Sequence record: PZ452578.1
DNA length: 64,000 bases
Strand: one strand, 5' to 3'
From: a phage
Below, one piece after another: positions 22,901 to 33,312 of this stretch. Each line of letters begins with the position of its first letter. Position 1 is the first letter of the stretch. The notes beneath the pieces were generated by a model. The model ran no database searches, had not been told where the DNA came from, and saw nothing but the letters and a program-made list of their open reading frames with translations. The position numbers were made by a program, and so were the translations under genes.

Positions 22901-23852
22901 TCAATTTAGTGGGGAATCAGATACAACACGTTCTACTGTATTTGAAGTTGGTGATGAAACGTCTAATCACTTTTATTCTCAGCGCAATAAAGCTGGAAAT
23001 ATAACATTTAATATCAATGGTACAGTAACACCTATAAATGTTAATGCTTCAGGAACATTGAATGCAAATGGTGTAGCAACATTTGGTAATTCAGTCACTG
23101 CAACTGGTGAAATTATTTCTCGAAGCGCAAATGCTTTCCGTGCTATTAACGGAAATTATGGTTTCATTGTTCGCAATGATGGATCAGTAACGAATTTTAT
23201 GCTTACTGCATCGGGTGATCAGACTGGTGGATTTAATGGATTACGTCCTTTAGCTATTAATAATGCATCTGGCCAAGTAACGATTGGCGAAAGCTTAATT
23301 ATTGCCAAAGGTGCTACTATAAATTCAGGCGGTTTAACTGTTAACTCGAGAATTCGTTCTCATGGTACTAAAACATCTGATTTATACACCCGCGCGCCAA
23401 CATCTGATACTGTAGGATTCTGGTCAATCGATATTAATGATTCAGCTACTTATAACCAGTTCCCAGGTTATTTTAAGATGGTTGAAAAAACTAATGAAGT
23501 GACTGGACTTCCATACTTAGAACGTGGCGAAGAGGTTAAATCTCCTGGTACATTGACTCAGTTTGGTAACACACTTGATTCGCTTTACCAAGATTGGATT
23601 ACTTATCCAACTACCCCAGAAGCACGCACCACTCGCTGGACACGTACATGGCAGAAAACCAAAAATTCTTGGTCAAGTTTTGTTCAGGTATTTGATGGGG
23701 GTAACCCTCCTCAGCCATCTGATATTGGTGCTTTACCATCTGATAATGCTATAATGGGGAATCTTACTATTCGTGATTTCTTACGAATTGGTAATGTTCG
23801 CATTATTCCTGACCCAGTGAATAAAACGGTTAAATTTGAATGGGTTGAATAA
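19983..23852 (+). CDS. 34: long tail fibre proximal subunit gp34 (1289 aa)
   Basis: 1289 aa as T4 gp34; late promoter TATAAATA 19941-19948; internal approx 40-aa repeats. Confidence 0.9.
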   Translation: MAEIKRKFRAEDGLDAGGDKIINVALADRAVGTDGVNVDYLIQENTVQQYDPTRGYLKDFVIIYDNRFWAAINDIPKPAGAFNSVRWRALRTDANWTTVSSGPYQLKSGESISVDTAAGNDITFTLPSTPIDGDTIVLQDIGGKPGVNQVLITAPVQSIVNFRGQQVRSVLMTHPKSQIVLIFSNRLWQMYVADYSREAVVVTPASLYQAQSNDFIVRRFTSASAINIKLPRFANHGDIINFVDLDKLNPLYHTIVTTYDETTSVQEVGTHSIEGRTSIDGFLMFDDNEKLWRLFDGDSKARLRIITTNSNIRPNEEVMVFGANNGTTQTIELQLPTDISVGDTVKISMNYMRKGQTVKIKAAGEDKIASSVQLLQFPKRSEYPLEAEWVTVQELVFNGETNYVPVLELAYIEDSDGKYWVVQQNVPTVERVDSLNDSTRARLGVIALATQAQANADLENSPQKELAITPETLANRTATETRRGIARIATTAQVNQDTTFSFADDIIITPKKLNERTATETRRGVAEIATQQETNTGTDDTTIITPKKLQARQGSESLSGIVTFVSTAGATPASSRELNGTNVYNKNTNNLVVSPKALDQYKATPTQQGAVILAVESEVIAGQSQEGWANAVVTPETLHKKTSTDGRIGLIEIATQSEVNTGTDYTRAVTPKTLNDRRATESLSGIAEIATQVEFDAGVDDTRISTPLKIKTRFNSTDRTSVVALSGLVESGTLWDHYTLNILEANETQRGTLRVATQVEAAAGTLDNVLITPKKLLGTKSTEAQEGVIKVATQSETVTGTSTNTAVSPKNLKWIVQSEPTWAATTLIRGFVKTSSGSITFVGNDTVGSTQPLESYEKNSYAVSPYELNRVLANYLPLKAKAVDSNLLDGLDSSQFIRRDIAQTVNGSLTLTQQTNLSAPLVSSSTATFGGSVTANSVLTISNTGTETHLIFEKGPQTGTNQAQTVTIRVWGNQFSGESDTTRSTVFEVGDETSNHFYSQRNKAGNITFNINGTVTPINVNASGTLNANGVATFGNSVTATGEIISRSANAFRAINGNYGFIVRNDGSVTNFMLTASGDQTGGFNGLRPLAINNASGQVTIGESLIIAKGATINSGGLTVNSRIRSHGTKTSDLYTRAPTSDTVGFWSIDINDSATYNQFPGYFKMVEKTNEVTGLPYLERGEEVKSPGTLTQFGNTLDSLYQDWITYPTTPEARTTRWTRTWQKTKNSWSSFVQVFDGGNPPQPSDIGALPSDNAIMGNLTIRDFLRIGNVRIIPDPVNKTVKFEWVE
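21291..22430 (+). repeat. tandem approx 40-codon repeats within gene 34
   Basis: About nine copies of TxxRRG(I/V)AxIATQxExNTGTDDTxxITPKKL-like units. Confidence 0.6.
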
Positions 23853-23860
23853 GAGGTATT

Positions 23861-24976
23861 ATGGAAAAATTTATGGCAAAGTTTGGACAAGGATATGTCC
23901 AAACGCCATTTTTATCGGAAAGTAATTCAGTAAGATATAAAATAAGCATAGCGGGTTCTTGCCCGCTTTCTACAGCAGGACCATATGTCAAATTTCAGGA
24001 TAATCCTATTGGAAGTCAAACATTTAGCACAGGACTTCATTTAAGAGTTTTTGACCCTTCTACAGGAGCATTAGTTGATAGTAAGTCATATGCTTTTTCG
24101 ACTTCAAATGATACTACATCAGCTGCTTTTGTTAGTTTCATGAATTCTTTTTCAAACAACAGACTTGTTGCTATATTAACAAGTGGAAAGGTTAATTTTC
24201 CTCCTGAGGTAGTATCTTGGCTAAGATCCGCGGGAACGTCTGCTTTTCCATCTGATTCTATATTGTCAAGATTTGACGTATCATATGCTGCCTTTTATAC
24301 TTCTTCTAAAAGAGCTATTGCATTAGAACATGTTAAACTAAGTAATAGAAAAAGCACAGATGATTATCAAACTATTTTAGATGTTGTATTTGATAGTTTA
24401 GAAGACGTTGGAGCTACCGGGTTTCCAAGAAGAACGTATGAAAGCGTTGAGCAATTTATGTCAGCGGTTGGTGGAACTAATAACGAAATTGCACGTTTAC
24501 CAACTTCATCCGCGATAAGTAAATTATCTGATTATAATTTAATTCCTGGCGATGTTCTTTATCTTAAAGCGCAGCTATATGCTGATGCCGATTTACTTGC
24601 GCTTGGAACTACAAATATATCTATCCGTTTTTATGATGAATCGAATGGATATATTTCTTCAACACATGCTGAGTTTACTGGACAAGCTGAGTCATGGGAA
24701 TTAAAGGAAGACTATGTAGTTGTTCCTGAAAATGCAGTAGGATTTACGATATATGCACAAAGAACTGCACAAGCAGGTCAAGGTGGCATGAGGAATTTAA
24801 GTTTTTCTGAAGTATCAAGAAATGGCGGAATTTCAAAACCTGCAGAATTTGGCGTCAATGGTATTCGAGTTAATTATGTCTGTGAATCTGCTTCACCTCC
24901 AGATATAATGGTACTTCCTACACAAGCATCGTCTAAAACTGGTAAAGTGTTTGGACAAGAATTTAGAGAAGTTTAA
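23861..24976 (+). CDS. 35: long tail fibre hinge protein gp35 (371 aa)
   Basis: Length and position after gene 34; terminator 24981-25007 follows. Confidence 0.85.
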   Translation: MEKFMAKFGQGYVQTPFLSESNSVRYKISIAGSCPLSTAGPYVKFQDNPIGSQTFSTGLHLRVFDPSTGALVDSKSYAFSTSNDTTSAAFVSFMNSFSNNRLVAILTSGKVNFPPEVVSWLRSAGTSAFPSDSILSRFDVSYAAFYTSSKRAIALEHVKLSNRKSTDDYQTILDVVFDSLEDVGATGFPRRTYESVEQFMSAVGGTNNEIARLPTSSAISKLSDYNLIPGDVLYLKAQLYADADLLALGTTNISIRFYDESNGYISSTHAEFTGQAESWELKEDYVVVPENAVGFTIYAQRTAQAGQGGMRNLSFSEVSRNGGISKPAEFGVNGIRVNYVCESASPPDIMVLPTQASSKTGKVFGQEFREV

Positions 24977-24980
24977 ATTG

Positions 24981-25007
24981 AGGGAGCCTTCGGGTTCCCT
25001 TTTTCTT
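24981..25007 (+). terminator. rho-independent terminator after gene 35
   Basis: GGGAGCC-UUCG-GGUUCCC then UUUUUCUUU. Confidence 0.65.
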
Positions 25008-25015
25008 TATAAATA
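25008..25015 (+). promoter_or_regulatory. late promoter TATAAATA for genes 36-37-38-t
   Basis: Exact TATAAATA about 24 nt upstream of gene 36 ATG. Confidence 0.7.
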
Positions 25016-25038
25016 CTATTAAAATAAAGGGGCATACA

Positions 25039-25695
25039 ATGGCTGATTTAAAAGTAGGTTCAACAACCGGAGGCTCTGTCATTTGGCATCAAGGAAATTT
25101 TCCATTGAATCCAGCCGGTGACGATGTACTCTATAAATCATTTAAAATATATTCAGAATATAACAAACCGCAGGCTGCTGATAACGATTTTGTTTCTAAA
25201 GCTAATGGTGGTACTTATTTAAATAAAGTAATTTTTAATAAAGGAATGACTGTTCCTGGCGCAGGGTCAGGCGATAATGGTATTTTTGCTGGTCCTGGTG
25301 ATAGTGCCACGTATGATACTACAAATATGGATATTGTTTCGTGGTATGGTATTGGTTTTAAATCATCACAAGGAACAGCAGGTAGAACTGTAGTAATTAA
25401 CACACGAAATGGAGATATTAGCTCAAAGGGCGTAATTGAAGCATCACAAATCCGTGTAACTTCGTTATCACCAGTAAATAATTATGACCTTACGCGGAAA
25501 GATTATGTTGATGGAGCAATAAATATTGTTACAGCAAACGCAAACTCTAGGGTATTACGCTCTGGAGACACTATGACAGGAAATTTAACTGCGCCAAACC
25601 TTTTTTCACAGAATCCTGCATCTCAACCCTCACATGTTCCACGATTTGATCAAATTGTTATTAAGGATTCTGTTCAAGATTTCGGCTATTATTAA
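25039..25695 (+). CDS. 36: long tail fibre distal connector gp36 (218 aa)
   Basis: N-terminus MADLKVGSTTGGSVIWHQGNF as T4 gp36; late promoter 25008-25015. Confidence 0.85.
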   Translation: MADLKVGSTTGGSVIWHQGNFPLNPAGDDVLYKSFKIYSEYNKPQAADNDFVSKANGGTYLNKVIFNKGMTVPGAGSGDNGIFAGPGDSATYDTTNMDIVSWYGIGFKSSQGTAGRTVVINTRNGDISSKGVIEASQIRVTSLSPVNNYDLTRKDYVDGAINIVTANANSRVLRSGDTMTGNLTAPNLFSQNPASQPSHVPRFDQIVIKDSVQDFGYY

Positions 25696-25703
25696 GAGGA
25701 CTT

Positions 25704-28700
25704 ATGGCTACTTTAAAACAAATACAATTTAAAAGAAGCAAAACTGCAGGAGCACGTCCTGCCGCTTCAGTATTAGCCGAAGGTGAATTGGCTATAAACT
25801 TAAAAGACCGTGTACTTTTTACTAAAGATGACCAAGGAAATATTATTGATTTAGGTTTTGCTAAAGGCGGTAGCATTGACGGGAATGTTATTCATAAAGG
25901 CAATTATAACCAAACTGGTGATTATACTTTAAATGGCACATTCACTCAGACAGGTAATTTTAATTTAACTGGTATTGCTCGAGTAACTCGTGATATTATT
26001 GCCGCCGGGCAGATTATGACTGAAGGCGGAGAACTTATTACAAAAAGTTCAGGTACAGCGCATGTTCGTTTTTTCGATGGCAATAGTCGCGAACGTGGAA
26101 TCATTTATGCCCCGGCTAATGACGGTTTAACTACACAAGTACTTAATATCAGGGTTCAAGACTATGCCGCTGGTAGCGAAAGCACTTATGCATTTTCAGG
26201 CAGTGGCCTATTTACTTCACCTGAAGTATCAGCATGGAAATCTATTTCGTCTCCACAAATTCTGACCGACAAAGTCATTACAGACGGGAAGAAGGCAGGC
26301 GATTATGACATCTATTCATTAGCAAATAACACCCCATTATCTGAAAGCACTACTGCTATTAATCATCTTCGTGTCATGCGTAATGCAGTCGGTTCTGGTA
26401 TTTTCCATGAAGTTAAAGATAATGATGGGATAACCTGGTATGCCGGTGACGGGTTGGAGGCTTATCTTTGGTCGTTTACGTGGTCCGGTGGGTTGAAAGC
26501 GGGTCATTCTATTTCTATAGGTACCCCAGGCGGTCCAAAAGGATATTCTGAATTAGGAACGGCCTCAATTGTTCTTGGGGATAATGATACCGGATTTAAA
26601 TGGCATCAGGACGGATATTATTTCAGCGTTAATAATGGAACAAAAACGTTTTTATTTAGTCCCAGCGAAACAACTAGCCTAAGAAAATTTGTAGCTGGAT
26701 ATTCTACTAATGGAACCGATTTAACTACTCCTCCAACTGAAAATTATGCTCTTGCTACTGTCGTGACATATCACGATAATAACGCGTTTGGAGATGGCCA
26801 GACTCTTTTAGGATATTATCAAGGCGGTAATTATCATCATTATTTCCGCGGTAAGGGTACCACAAACATTAATACTCATGGCGGTTTGTTAGTTACTCCA
26901 GGTAATATTGATGTTATTGGCGGTTCTGTTAATATTGATGGTATAAATAATGCTTCTACCCTGCTATTTAGAGGCAACACAACTGGTAGTAGTTCAGTTG
27001 ATAATATGACAATTTCCGTTTGGGGCAATACGTTTACTAATCCTAGTGTAGGTAATCGTAAAAACGTCATGGAAATTTCTGATGCAACTAGTTGGATGAG
27101 CTATATTCAAAGACTTACAACAGGTGAAGTAGAAATGAACGTTAATGGTTCATTTGAATCATCTGGTGTTACTGCTGGAAATAGAGGAGTTCACACAACA
27201 GGCGAAATTTCATCTGGTGCAGTGAATGCGCTTCGCATTTGGAATGCAGATTATGGAGCCATTTTTAGACGTTCAGAAGGTAGTCTTCATATTATTCCAA
27301 CTGCTTACGGTGAAGGTAAACACGGCGATATCGGTCCACTTCGCCCATTTAGTATGGCTTTAGATACTGGTAAAGTTACTATTCCAGATTTACAATCAAG
27401 TTACAATACGTTCGCTGCTAACGGTTATATTAAATTTGTTGGTCATGGAGCGGGTGCCGGCGGTTATGACATTCAATATGTTCAAGCGGCTCCTATTTTC
27501 CAGGAAATCGATGATGATGCTGTAAGCAAATATTATCCTATTGTTAAACAGAAGTTTCTAAACGGTAAATCCGTTTGGTCTTTAGGTACTGAAATTAATT
27601 CAGGTACATTCGTTATTCATCATCTGAAAGAAGATGGTTCACAAGGCCATACGTCTCGTTTTAATCAAGACGGTACTGTTAACTTCCCAGATAACGTTCA
27701 GGTCGGCGGCGGTGAAGCTACTATTGCTCGTAATGGTAATATTTTCTCAGATATTTGGAAACCGTTTACTTCTGCCGGTGATACTACAAATATTCGCGAT
27801 GCTATTGCGACTCGTGTTTCGAAAGAAGGCGACACGATGACCGGTAAGTTGATTATTAGAAGAGATTCTGACGCTATTAACTTAGCTGCGCCTTCGACAA
27901 CTGATGCAAGTTACCTTCTTTCTACAGGAGCTGGTGAAAATCTATGGTATATTGGTAAAGGCGGCGCTGATAATACTGTATCATTCTACAACTATAAAAC
28001 CAGTGGGGCTGTGCAAATTAACTCTATTGGTGAAATCGCGCTGATTCCACAAGGTGCTGCAACATTTAACTTCAACCGCGATCGTCTCTATATAAATGGG
28101 TCTCAATGGACTGCACATCAAGCTGGTGACTGGGTTAACCAATGGCGTCAAGAAGCTCCTATATTTGTGGATTTTGGTAGTGTCGGCAATGACTGCTATT
28201 ATCCTATTATTAAAGGAAAATCTGTTATTACGAATGAAGGATACGTATCTGGTGTTGATTTCGGTATGCGCCGTATCACTAACCAATGGGCTCAGGCTAT
28301 TATTCGTGTTGGTAACCAGGAAAATGCTAGCGATCCGCAAGCTATCTTCGAATTCCACCATAATGGAAACATGTACGTTCCTGACATGGTTAAAGCTGGA
28401 GTAAGATTATCAGCTGGTGGAGGTGACCCTGCATGGACAGGCGCATGTGTTGTTATTGGTGATAATGACACTGGGTTAGTTCATGGCGGTGACGGTCGTA
28501 TTAACATGGTTGCAAATGGAGTGCATATTGCTTCATGGTCGGCCGCTTACCATCTCCATGAAGGTCTTTGGGATACCACTGGTGCTTTGTGGACTGAACA
28601 AGGAAGAGCTATTATTTCTTTTGGTCATTTAGTCCAACAAAGCGATGCCTATTCCACATTTGTCCGCGATGTTTATGTCCGTTCTGATATTCGTGTTAAA

Positions 28701-29018
28701 AAAGACCTTGTTAAATTTGAAAATGCTTCTGAGAAGCTTTCTAAAATTAACGGTTACACTTATATGCAGAAGCGAGGCCTAGATGAAGAAGGCAATCAGA
28801 AATGGGAACCTAACGCCGGTTTGATAGCTCAAGAAGTTCAAGCTATTTTGCCTGAATTAGTTGAAGGTGACCCTGATGGCGAAGCTTTACTTCGTTTGAA
28901 CTATAACGGTGTAATTGGTTTAAATACAGCTGCAATCAATGAGCATACTGCAGAAATTGCGGAACTTAAATCAGAAATTGAAGAACTTAAAGCATTAGTT
29001 AAATCATTGTTAAAATAA
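25704..29018 (+). CDS. 37: long tail fibre distal subunit gp37 (1104 aa) with C-terminal intramolecular-chaperone-like domain
   Basis: N-terminus [13 protein letters not shown] as T4 gp37; C-terminal SDIRVKK...coiled-coil segment. Confidence 0.9.
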   Translation: MATLKQIQFKRSKTAGARPAASVLAEGELAINLKDRVLFTKDDQGNIIDLGFAKGGSIDGNVIHKGNYNQTGDYTLNGTFTQTGNFNLTGIARVTRDIIAAGQIMTEGGELITKSSGTAHVRFFDGNSRERGIIYAPANDGLTTQVLNIRVQDYAAGSESTYAFSGSGLFTSPEVSAWKSISSPQILTDKVITDGKKAGDYDIYSLANNTPLSESTTAINHLRVMRNAVGSGIFHEVKDNDGITWYAGDGLEAYLWSFTWSGGLKAGHSISIGTPGGPKGYSELGTASIVLGDNDTGFKWHQDGYYFSVNNGTKTFLFSPSETTSLRKFVAGYSTNGTDLTTPPTENYALATVVTYHDNNAFGDGQTLLGYYQGGNYHHYFRGKGTTNINTHGGLLVTPGNIDVIGGSVNIDGINNASTLLFRGNTTGSSSVDNMTISVWGNTFTNPSVGNRKNVMEISDATSWMSYIQRLTTGEVEMNVNGSFESSGVTAGNRGVHTTGEISSGAVNALRIWNADYGAIFRRSEGSLHIIPTAYGEGKHGDIGPLRPFSMALDTGKVTIPDLQSSYNTFAANGYIKFVGHGAGAGGYDIQYVQAAPIFQEIDDDAVSKYYPIVKQKFLNGKSVWSLGTEINSGTFVIHHLKEDGSQGHTSRFNQDGTVNFPDNVQVGGGEATIARNGNIFSDIWKPFTSAGDTTNIRDAIATRVSKEGDTMTGKLIIRRDSDAINLAAPSTTDASYLLSTGAGENLWYIGKGGADNTVSFYNYKTSGAVQINSIGEIALIPQGAATFNFNRDRLYINGSQWTAHQAGDWVNQWRQEAPIFVDFGSVGNDCYYPIIKGKSVITNEGYVSGVDFGMRRITNQWAQAIIRVGNQENASDPQAIFEFHHNGNMYVPDMVKAGVRLSAGGGDPAWTGACVVIGDNDTGLVHGGDGRINMVANGVHIASWSAAYHLHEGLWDTTGALWTEQGRAIISFGHLVQQSDAYSTFVRDVYVRSDIRVKKDLVKFENASEKLSKINGYTYMQKRGLDEEGNQKWEPNAGLIAQEVQAILPELVEGDPDGEALLRLNYNGVIGLNTAAINEHTAEIAELKSEIEELKALVKSLLK
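28644..29018 (+). other. C-terminal intramolecular-chaperone-like (autoproteolytic) domain of gp37
   Basis: SDIRVKKDL motif around 28683 followed by conserved region and terminal coiled coil. Confidence 0.5.
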
Positions 29019-29023
29019 TAAGA

Positions 29024-29037
29024 GGGGCTTCGGCCCC
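29024..29037 (+). other. stable stem-loop (GGGGC-UUCG-GCCCC) between genes 37 and 38
   Basis: Perfect 5-bp GC stem with UUCG loop, no U-run, just 5' of gene 38 SD. Confidence 0.5.
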
Positions 29038-29049
29038 TTGGAGGTTTAT

Positions 29050-29826
29050 ATGGCAGTAACAGGACCGTGGGTAGGATCGTCTGCAGTAGTTAATACAGGA
29101 CAAAATTGGATGGGTGGCGCGGCCCAACGATTAAGAATGGGTGCTCCATTTTGGATGAGTAATATGATAGGTCGATCTGTTGAAATAATTCACACGCTTG
29201 GAGCAGACCATAACTTCAATGGTCAATGGTTCCGAGATAGATGTTTTGAGGCAGGTAGTGCACCTATAGTGTTTAATATCACTGGAGATTTAGTATCATA
29301 TTCTAAAGATGTTCCTTTATTCTTCATGTATGGAGATACACCGAATGAATATGTTCAGTTGAATATACACGGCGTAACGATGTATGGACGTGGCGGTAAT
29401 GGCGGTAGCAATAGTCCTGGTTCAGCTGGGGGTCATTGTATTCAAAATGATATTGGTGGGAGACTAAGAATTAATAATGGCGGAGCTATTGCTGGAGGTG
29501 GCGGTGGCGGCGGCGGCGGATATTATTCTCCTTTTTCACGAATGAGATTGACTTTTGGCGGGGGCGGCGGGCGTCCGTTTGGCGCACCGGGCGGATCTAT
29601 TGATATGCAATCAGGAGCAACTGCTGGTACTATTTCTGCGCCTGGCGCAGGGTCTGTGAACGGTATCTATAGCGGCGGTGGCGGTGGCGAAGTTGGCTCC
29701 GCAGGAGGTAGATGTAATATTCGTGGTCAAGGATCTGAATACGACGGCGGAGCTGCTGGTTATGCCGTCATAGGGTCTACACCGACATGGCAAAACGTTG
29801 GAGCAATATATGGTCCAAGAGTATAA
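29050..29826 (+). CDS. 38: gp38 receptor-binding adhesin, T2/T6 type with glycine-rich motifs (258 aa)
   Basis: ATG 29050 with GGAGG SD (track start 29038 is TTG); poly-Gly blocks separating variable segments. Confidence 0.8.
   Translation: MAVTGPWVGSSAVVNTGQNWMGGAAQRLRMGAPFWMSNMIGRSVEIIHTLGADHNFNGQWFRDRCFEAGSAPIVFNITGDLVSYSKDVPLFFMYGDTPNEYVQLNIHGVTMYGRGGNGGSNSPGSAGGHCIQNDIGGRLRINNGGAIAGGGGGGGGGYYSPFSRMRLTFGGGGGRPFGAPGGSIDMQSGATAGTISAPGAGSVNGIYSGGGGGEVGSAGGRCNIRGQGSEYDGGAAGYAVIGSTPTWQNVGAIYGPRV
29390..29790 (+). repeat. glycine-rich motifs of gp38 separated by short variable segments
   Basis: Runs [34 protein letters not shown]. Confidence 0.6.
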
Positions 29827-29856
29827 TTTGAATAAATATCCTTAAAAGGAGGGTCT

Positions 29857-30513
29857 ATGGCAGCACCTAGAATATCATTTTCGCCCTCTGATATTCTGTT
29901 GGGTGTTCTAGATCGCTTGTTCAAAGATAACGCTACCGGGAAGGTTCTTGCTTCCCGAGTAGCTGTCGTAATTCTTTTATTTATGATGGCGATTGTTTGG
30001 TATAGGGGAGATAGTTTCTTTGAGTACTATAAGCAATCAAAGTATGAAACATACAGTGAAATTATTGAAAAGGAAAGAAATGCACGCTTTGAATCTGTCG
30101 CCCTGGAACAACTCCAGATAGTTCATATATCATCTGAGGCAGACTTTAGTGCGGTGTATTCTTTCCGCCCTAAAAACTTAAACTATTTTGTTGATATTAT
30201 AGCATACGAAGGAAAATTACCTTCAACAATAAGTGAAAAATCACTTGGAGGATATCCTGTTGATAAAACTATGGATGAATATACAGTTCATTTAAATGGA
30301 CGTCATTATTATTCCAACTCAAAATTTGCTTTTTTACCAACTAAAAAGCCTACTCCCGAAATAAACTACATGTACAGTTGTCCATATTTTAATTTGGATA
30401 ATATCTATGCTGGAACGATAACCATGTACTGGTATAGAAATGATCATATAAGTAATGACCGCCTTGAATCAATATGTGCTCAGGCGGCCAGAATATTAGG
30501 AAGGGCTAAATAA
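29857..30513 (+). CDS. t: holin T (218 aa)
   Basis: N-terminus MAAPRISFSPSDILLGVLDRLF and single TM segment as T4 holin; AAGGAGGG SD. Confidence 0.9.
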   Translation: MAAPRISFSPSDILLGVLDRLFKDNATGKVLASRVAVVILLFMMAIVWYRGDSFFEYYKQSKYETYSEIIEKERNARFESVALEQLQIVHISSEADFSAVYSFRPKNLNYFVDIIAYEGKLPSTISEKSLGGYPVDKTMDEYTVHLNGRHYYSNSKFAFLPTKKPTPEINYMYSCPYFNLDNIYAGTITMYWYRNDHISNDRLESICAQAARILGRAK

Positions 30514-30786
30514 TTATTTGTTCGTATACATCTCTAGATATCGATATACACCCTCAAAACCCTCGTTGAATTCGTCGATGAGGGTTTTCTTATCTTCTTG
30601 GGTTAATTCAGAAACAATTTTACGGAATGAATTCTGATTTAACTTTCTACCTTCATGCATTACTCCAATCTCATTCAGAAATGCAATAAAATTAGCACGA
30701 TTCTCAACAATATCTTCTCTGGAAAATTTAATCAAAATAGACGCAATAGTAATAATTTCACGAACTGTATCAATGTTTTTATTCAT
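30514..30786 (-). CDS. asiA: anti-sigma70 factor AsiA (90 aa)
   Basis: Full-length sequence recognised as T4 AsiA; early promoter 30818-30847. Confidence 0.9.
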   Translation of the reverse strand: MNKNIDTVREIITIASILIKFSREDIVENRANFIAFLNEIGVMHEGRKLNQNSFRKIVSELTQEDKKTLIDEFNEGFEGVYRYLEMYTNK

Positions 30787-30798
30787 TAACTATACCAC

Positions 30799-30951
30799 TC
30801 AATTAGTTGACTTTATTATAATATCATCAGACACTTGATTTGTAAACTGGTCTGTGTTATTTTCTTCAAAAATTTTTTCTACGAATTCCTTGAACGACTC
30901 GCGTTCCTGAGCTGCATTATGCTCGATTACCATTTCAAGATTATGACTCAT
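30799..30951 (-). CDS. possible small acidic ORF (50 aa), coupled to arn by ATGA overlap
   Basis: ATG 30951 overlaps arn stop; below track size cutoff; runs through the asiA promoter; no SD checked. Confidence 0.25.
   Translation of the reverse strand: MSHNLEMVIEHNAAQERESFKEFVEKIFEENNTDQFTNQVSDDIIIKSTN
30818..30847 (-). promoter_or_regulatory. T4-type early promoter for asiA
   Basis: GTTTACA, 17-nt spacer, TATTAT. Confidence 0.5.
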
Positions 30952-31226
30952 TCGAAATAATCTTCAATTTCGTAATCATTGACATAAAACATTATAGTTT
31001 TTAATACATCATCAATACTTTTTCCTGGAGCTGGAATTACGTAAAAATATCCTGCTTTTGAGAGGTCTTTATAAGTTCCAATCAAGAAATCATTATTCTC
31101 AAGATGTAGTTCTTCAACTAATTCATTGACAATTGAATGGTATAAATTTGGTAGAAACTTATATAGCTTTTCTAAAATATCAATTTTGATTGTGTATTGA
31201 ACCACGGACTGAGAATCAATAATCAT
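30948..31226 (-). CDS. arn: Arn-like anti-restriction protein (92 aa)
   Basis: 92 aa and position between asiA and motA as T4 Arn; acidic composition. Confidence 0.55.
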   Translation of the reverse strand: MIIDSQSVVQYTIKIDILEKLYKFLPNLYHSIVNELVEELHLENNDFLIGTYKDLSKAGYFYVIPAPGKSIDDVLKTIMFYVNDYEIEDYFE

Positions 31227-31309
31227 AGACCTTCCCCTTATGTTTCTGTTTGCGATTAGATTCTTTAAACGCTTTCTTCTTATCTTTATGGACAGAAGCT
31301 TTATTAAAA

Positions 31310-31528
31310 TTATGCTTTGCGACTAAATTGTTCATAGTGCTGAATTACCTCTCTTAAACATTTGCATGTGAATGAAAACTTTTTAGCTACACCACATTCA
31401 AATATATGTTCTCTTAAATCGCATGTATCGGTATATCCCATCTCAACAATAAAATGCCGTATTAGATTTTTATCTTTATCATTGAGAGAATTAAAATAAT
31501 CAGATTTTGAATTAATTTCCCTGGCCAA
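31310..31528 (-). CDS. hypothetical Cys-containing protein (72 aa)
   Basis: Track ORF. Confidence 0.4.
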   Translation of the reverse strand: MAREINSKSDYFNSLNDKDKNLIRHFIVEMGYTDTCDLREHIFECGVAKKFSFTCKCLREVIQHYEQFSRKA

Positions 31529-31808
31529 ATTGAATCACCTTCAGTTGACGTTTTAATTCTTTTATCATTTCTTCGTTCATCGCAATATAAAGATCGCGTA
31601 AAGCAGGTTTTAACATTCCATTTACTGGAGAACTAAATGGACATACATAATCTTTTCCTACGAGCTTTTTGGTGAATTCCATATCACAGAACTTAAATCC
31701 CGGCTCATTGGTATAAATTCCCCAATTAGTTGACATCATTTTATTAGCATATTCCAGTGCCTGGATTTGATTCATAATTCCATCAATTTGAAACTTTTTA
31801 ATATTCAT
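31512..31808 (-). CDS. hypothetical protein (98 aa)
   Basis: Track ORF. Confidence 0.4.
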   Translation of the reverse strand: MNIKKFQIDGIMNQIQALEYANKMMSTNWGIYTNEPGFKFCDMEFTKKLVGKDYVCPFSSPVNGMLKPALRDLYIAMNEEMIKELKRQLKVIQFGQGN

Positions 31809-32269
31809 TAGTAAAGGTCCTCAGAGTAAAGTTCTTTTTCACTACCACCACGTTCAATACGTACTTGTCCAGCGTAAGTTGCAATAATCATTGCTTCTTC
31901 ACGTGTCCAATAATTACTATATTGGTCAATAAACCCTTGGTCATCATCACAAACTTGTTGAGTAACTAATTGAGGTTTAACTACATCTAAAACTTCTGCC
32001 ATATCTTTAGAATAATGACGAGCACCTGGAATAATAAGAGTTCGTCCATCTTTTAATTTAAAACGGTTGGCTGCACAAACAATTCGTCGTTGATACTTTT
32101 GGTTTTCATCCCAATACGCAGTCTGCCAACAGATTTCAGGAACTTCTTTCAGAATATCTTCTTCTGTGCATTTATAACCATGCGCTTTAAATTTTTCAAC
32201 AAGACTTTCTGGAGTTTCACGAGATAAAGGAACATTCAGCATTTTTAAACGATTGATAAATGGGTTCAT
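31808..32269 (-). CDS. hypothetical protein (153 aa)
   Basis: Track ORF, overlapping-stop chain. Confidence 0.45.
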   Translation of the reverse strand: MNPFINRLKMLNVPLSRETPESLVEKFKAHGYKCTEEDILKEVPEICWQTAYWDENQKYQRRIVCAANRFKLKDGRTLIIPGARHYSKDMAEVLDVVKPQLVTQQVCDDDQGFIDQYSNYWTREEAMIIATYAGQVRIERGGSEKELYSEDLY

Positions 32270-32595
32270 TTAAACCATCCTTTAATACGCTGCCACAAAG
32301 TTTTCTGCTGAGCTTTGTTAACACCAATTGAACGAATAACTGGTTGAGATTCCTGGAATTCTTTATAATCAGCAAGGTAAATTTCGTAAGCTGCATCTGT
32401 AAATGAACTTATCGCTGCCATAAAATTATTGCGAATACCTACTGGAGCATCTTTACTTTCACGAATAATCATGTATTTACCAGTCTTAATCTTTACAATA
32501 GTTCCAAGATAAGCTCCATGATACCAGATGTCCCAACCCTCTTGAGTAGGTTCTGCACAACGACGAAGTTCATTGATAATTTCTAACTTGTTCAT
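32266..32595 (-). CDS. hypothetical protein (109 aa)
   Basis: Track ORF immediately downstream of motA. Confidence 0.45.
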   Translation of the reverse strand: MNKLEIINELRRCAEPTQEGWDIWYHGAYLGTIVKIKTGKYMIIRESKDAPVGIRNNFMAAISSFTDAAYEIYLADYKEFQESQPVIRSIGVNKAQQKTLWQRIKGWFK

Positions 32596-32605
32596 TATTT
32601 ATTCC

Positions 32606-33241
32606 TCACAGTTCAGATGCTACAGTGATTACTGCTTCAATGTTTTCTGCCGAGCGTTTAATGTCAAGATACACATTACCGTTTTTAGCGATTTTACATG
32701 ACATTCCGATGTCAGTAAATTTCTGAATATGATGTTCCATCATTTTGTATCCAAAAATTCGCATATTTCCATTGTTGTTAATTTCAAAATTACGAATTCC
32801 GTGAGTACGTTTTTCTAAAATAGCGAGATAGTTACTACGATAAGTTTCAACCTTTTTAAGAACAAATCCATTTTCATCTAAAAGTTTTAACATGAAGTCT
32901 TTATCTTCTTCCATATCAGAAGTAATCTCACGAGCTTTACGAGTTGCTCGTTTTTTCAGTAGTTCCGGAGCATTTTCCTGTGCGTATAAAGTTGCTGCGT
33001 TTGAAATAATATCCTGAGCTTCACCAGTAATGATTAATCCATCACCAGATTTCTCCACCAGGCCTTTTTTAATCAATACCCCAATATTACTATTAACTAC
33101 TGCGTTACCTAAATCTGGATGCACCTCACGAACTTCTGCAGCTGTAATGAAATCTTTCTTAGCAATGGTAATTAAAATCGCAGCAGTTTTTTCATTCAGA
33201 ACATCGTTAGAAGCTTTGATGATGTAAGTTACTTTAGACAT
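32606..33241 (-). CDS. motA: middle-transcription activator MotA (211 aa)
   Basis: Sequence recognised as T4 MotA; early promoter 33283-33312. Confidence 0.9.
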   Translation of the reverse strand: MSKVTYIIKASNDVLNEKTAAILITIAKKDFITAAEVREVHPDLGNAVVNSNIGVLIKKGLVEKSGDGLIITGEAQDIISNAATLYAQENAPELLKKRATRKAREITSDMEEDKDFMLKLLDENGFVLKKVETYRSNYLAILEKRTHGIRNFEINNNGNMRIFGYKMMEHHIQKFTDIGMSCKIAKNGNVYLDIKRSAENIEAVITVASEL

Positions 33242-33282
33242 TTTCTAATCTCCGTAATTCTGTATCAGCAGTTGATAGTTGT

Positions 33283-33312
33283 ATAGTACCACAGTATGCT
33301 TTGGTTGTAAAC
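33283..33312 (-). promoter_or_regulatory. T4-type early promoter for motA
   Basis: GTTTACA, spacer, TACTAT; same module as 16608-16637. Confidence 0.55.

Noticed and set aside
29400-29720. Glycine-codon repeats in gene 38 as a possible CRISPR array or tandem DNA repeat
   Set aside because: They are in-frame coding repeats of a poly-Gly protein motif with no spacer/repeat periodicity.
31216-31335. 39-codon basic ORF overlapping the 3' end of ORF 31310-31528 and the arn start
   Set aside because: Overlaps two better-supported genes in another frame; no clear SD.
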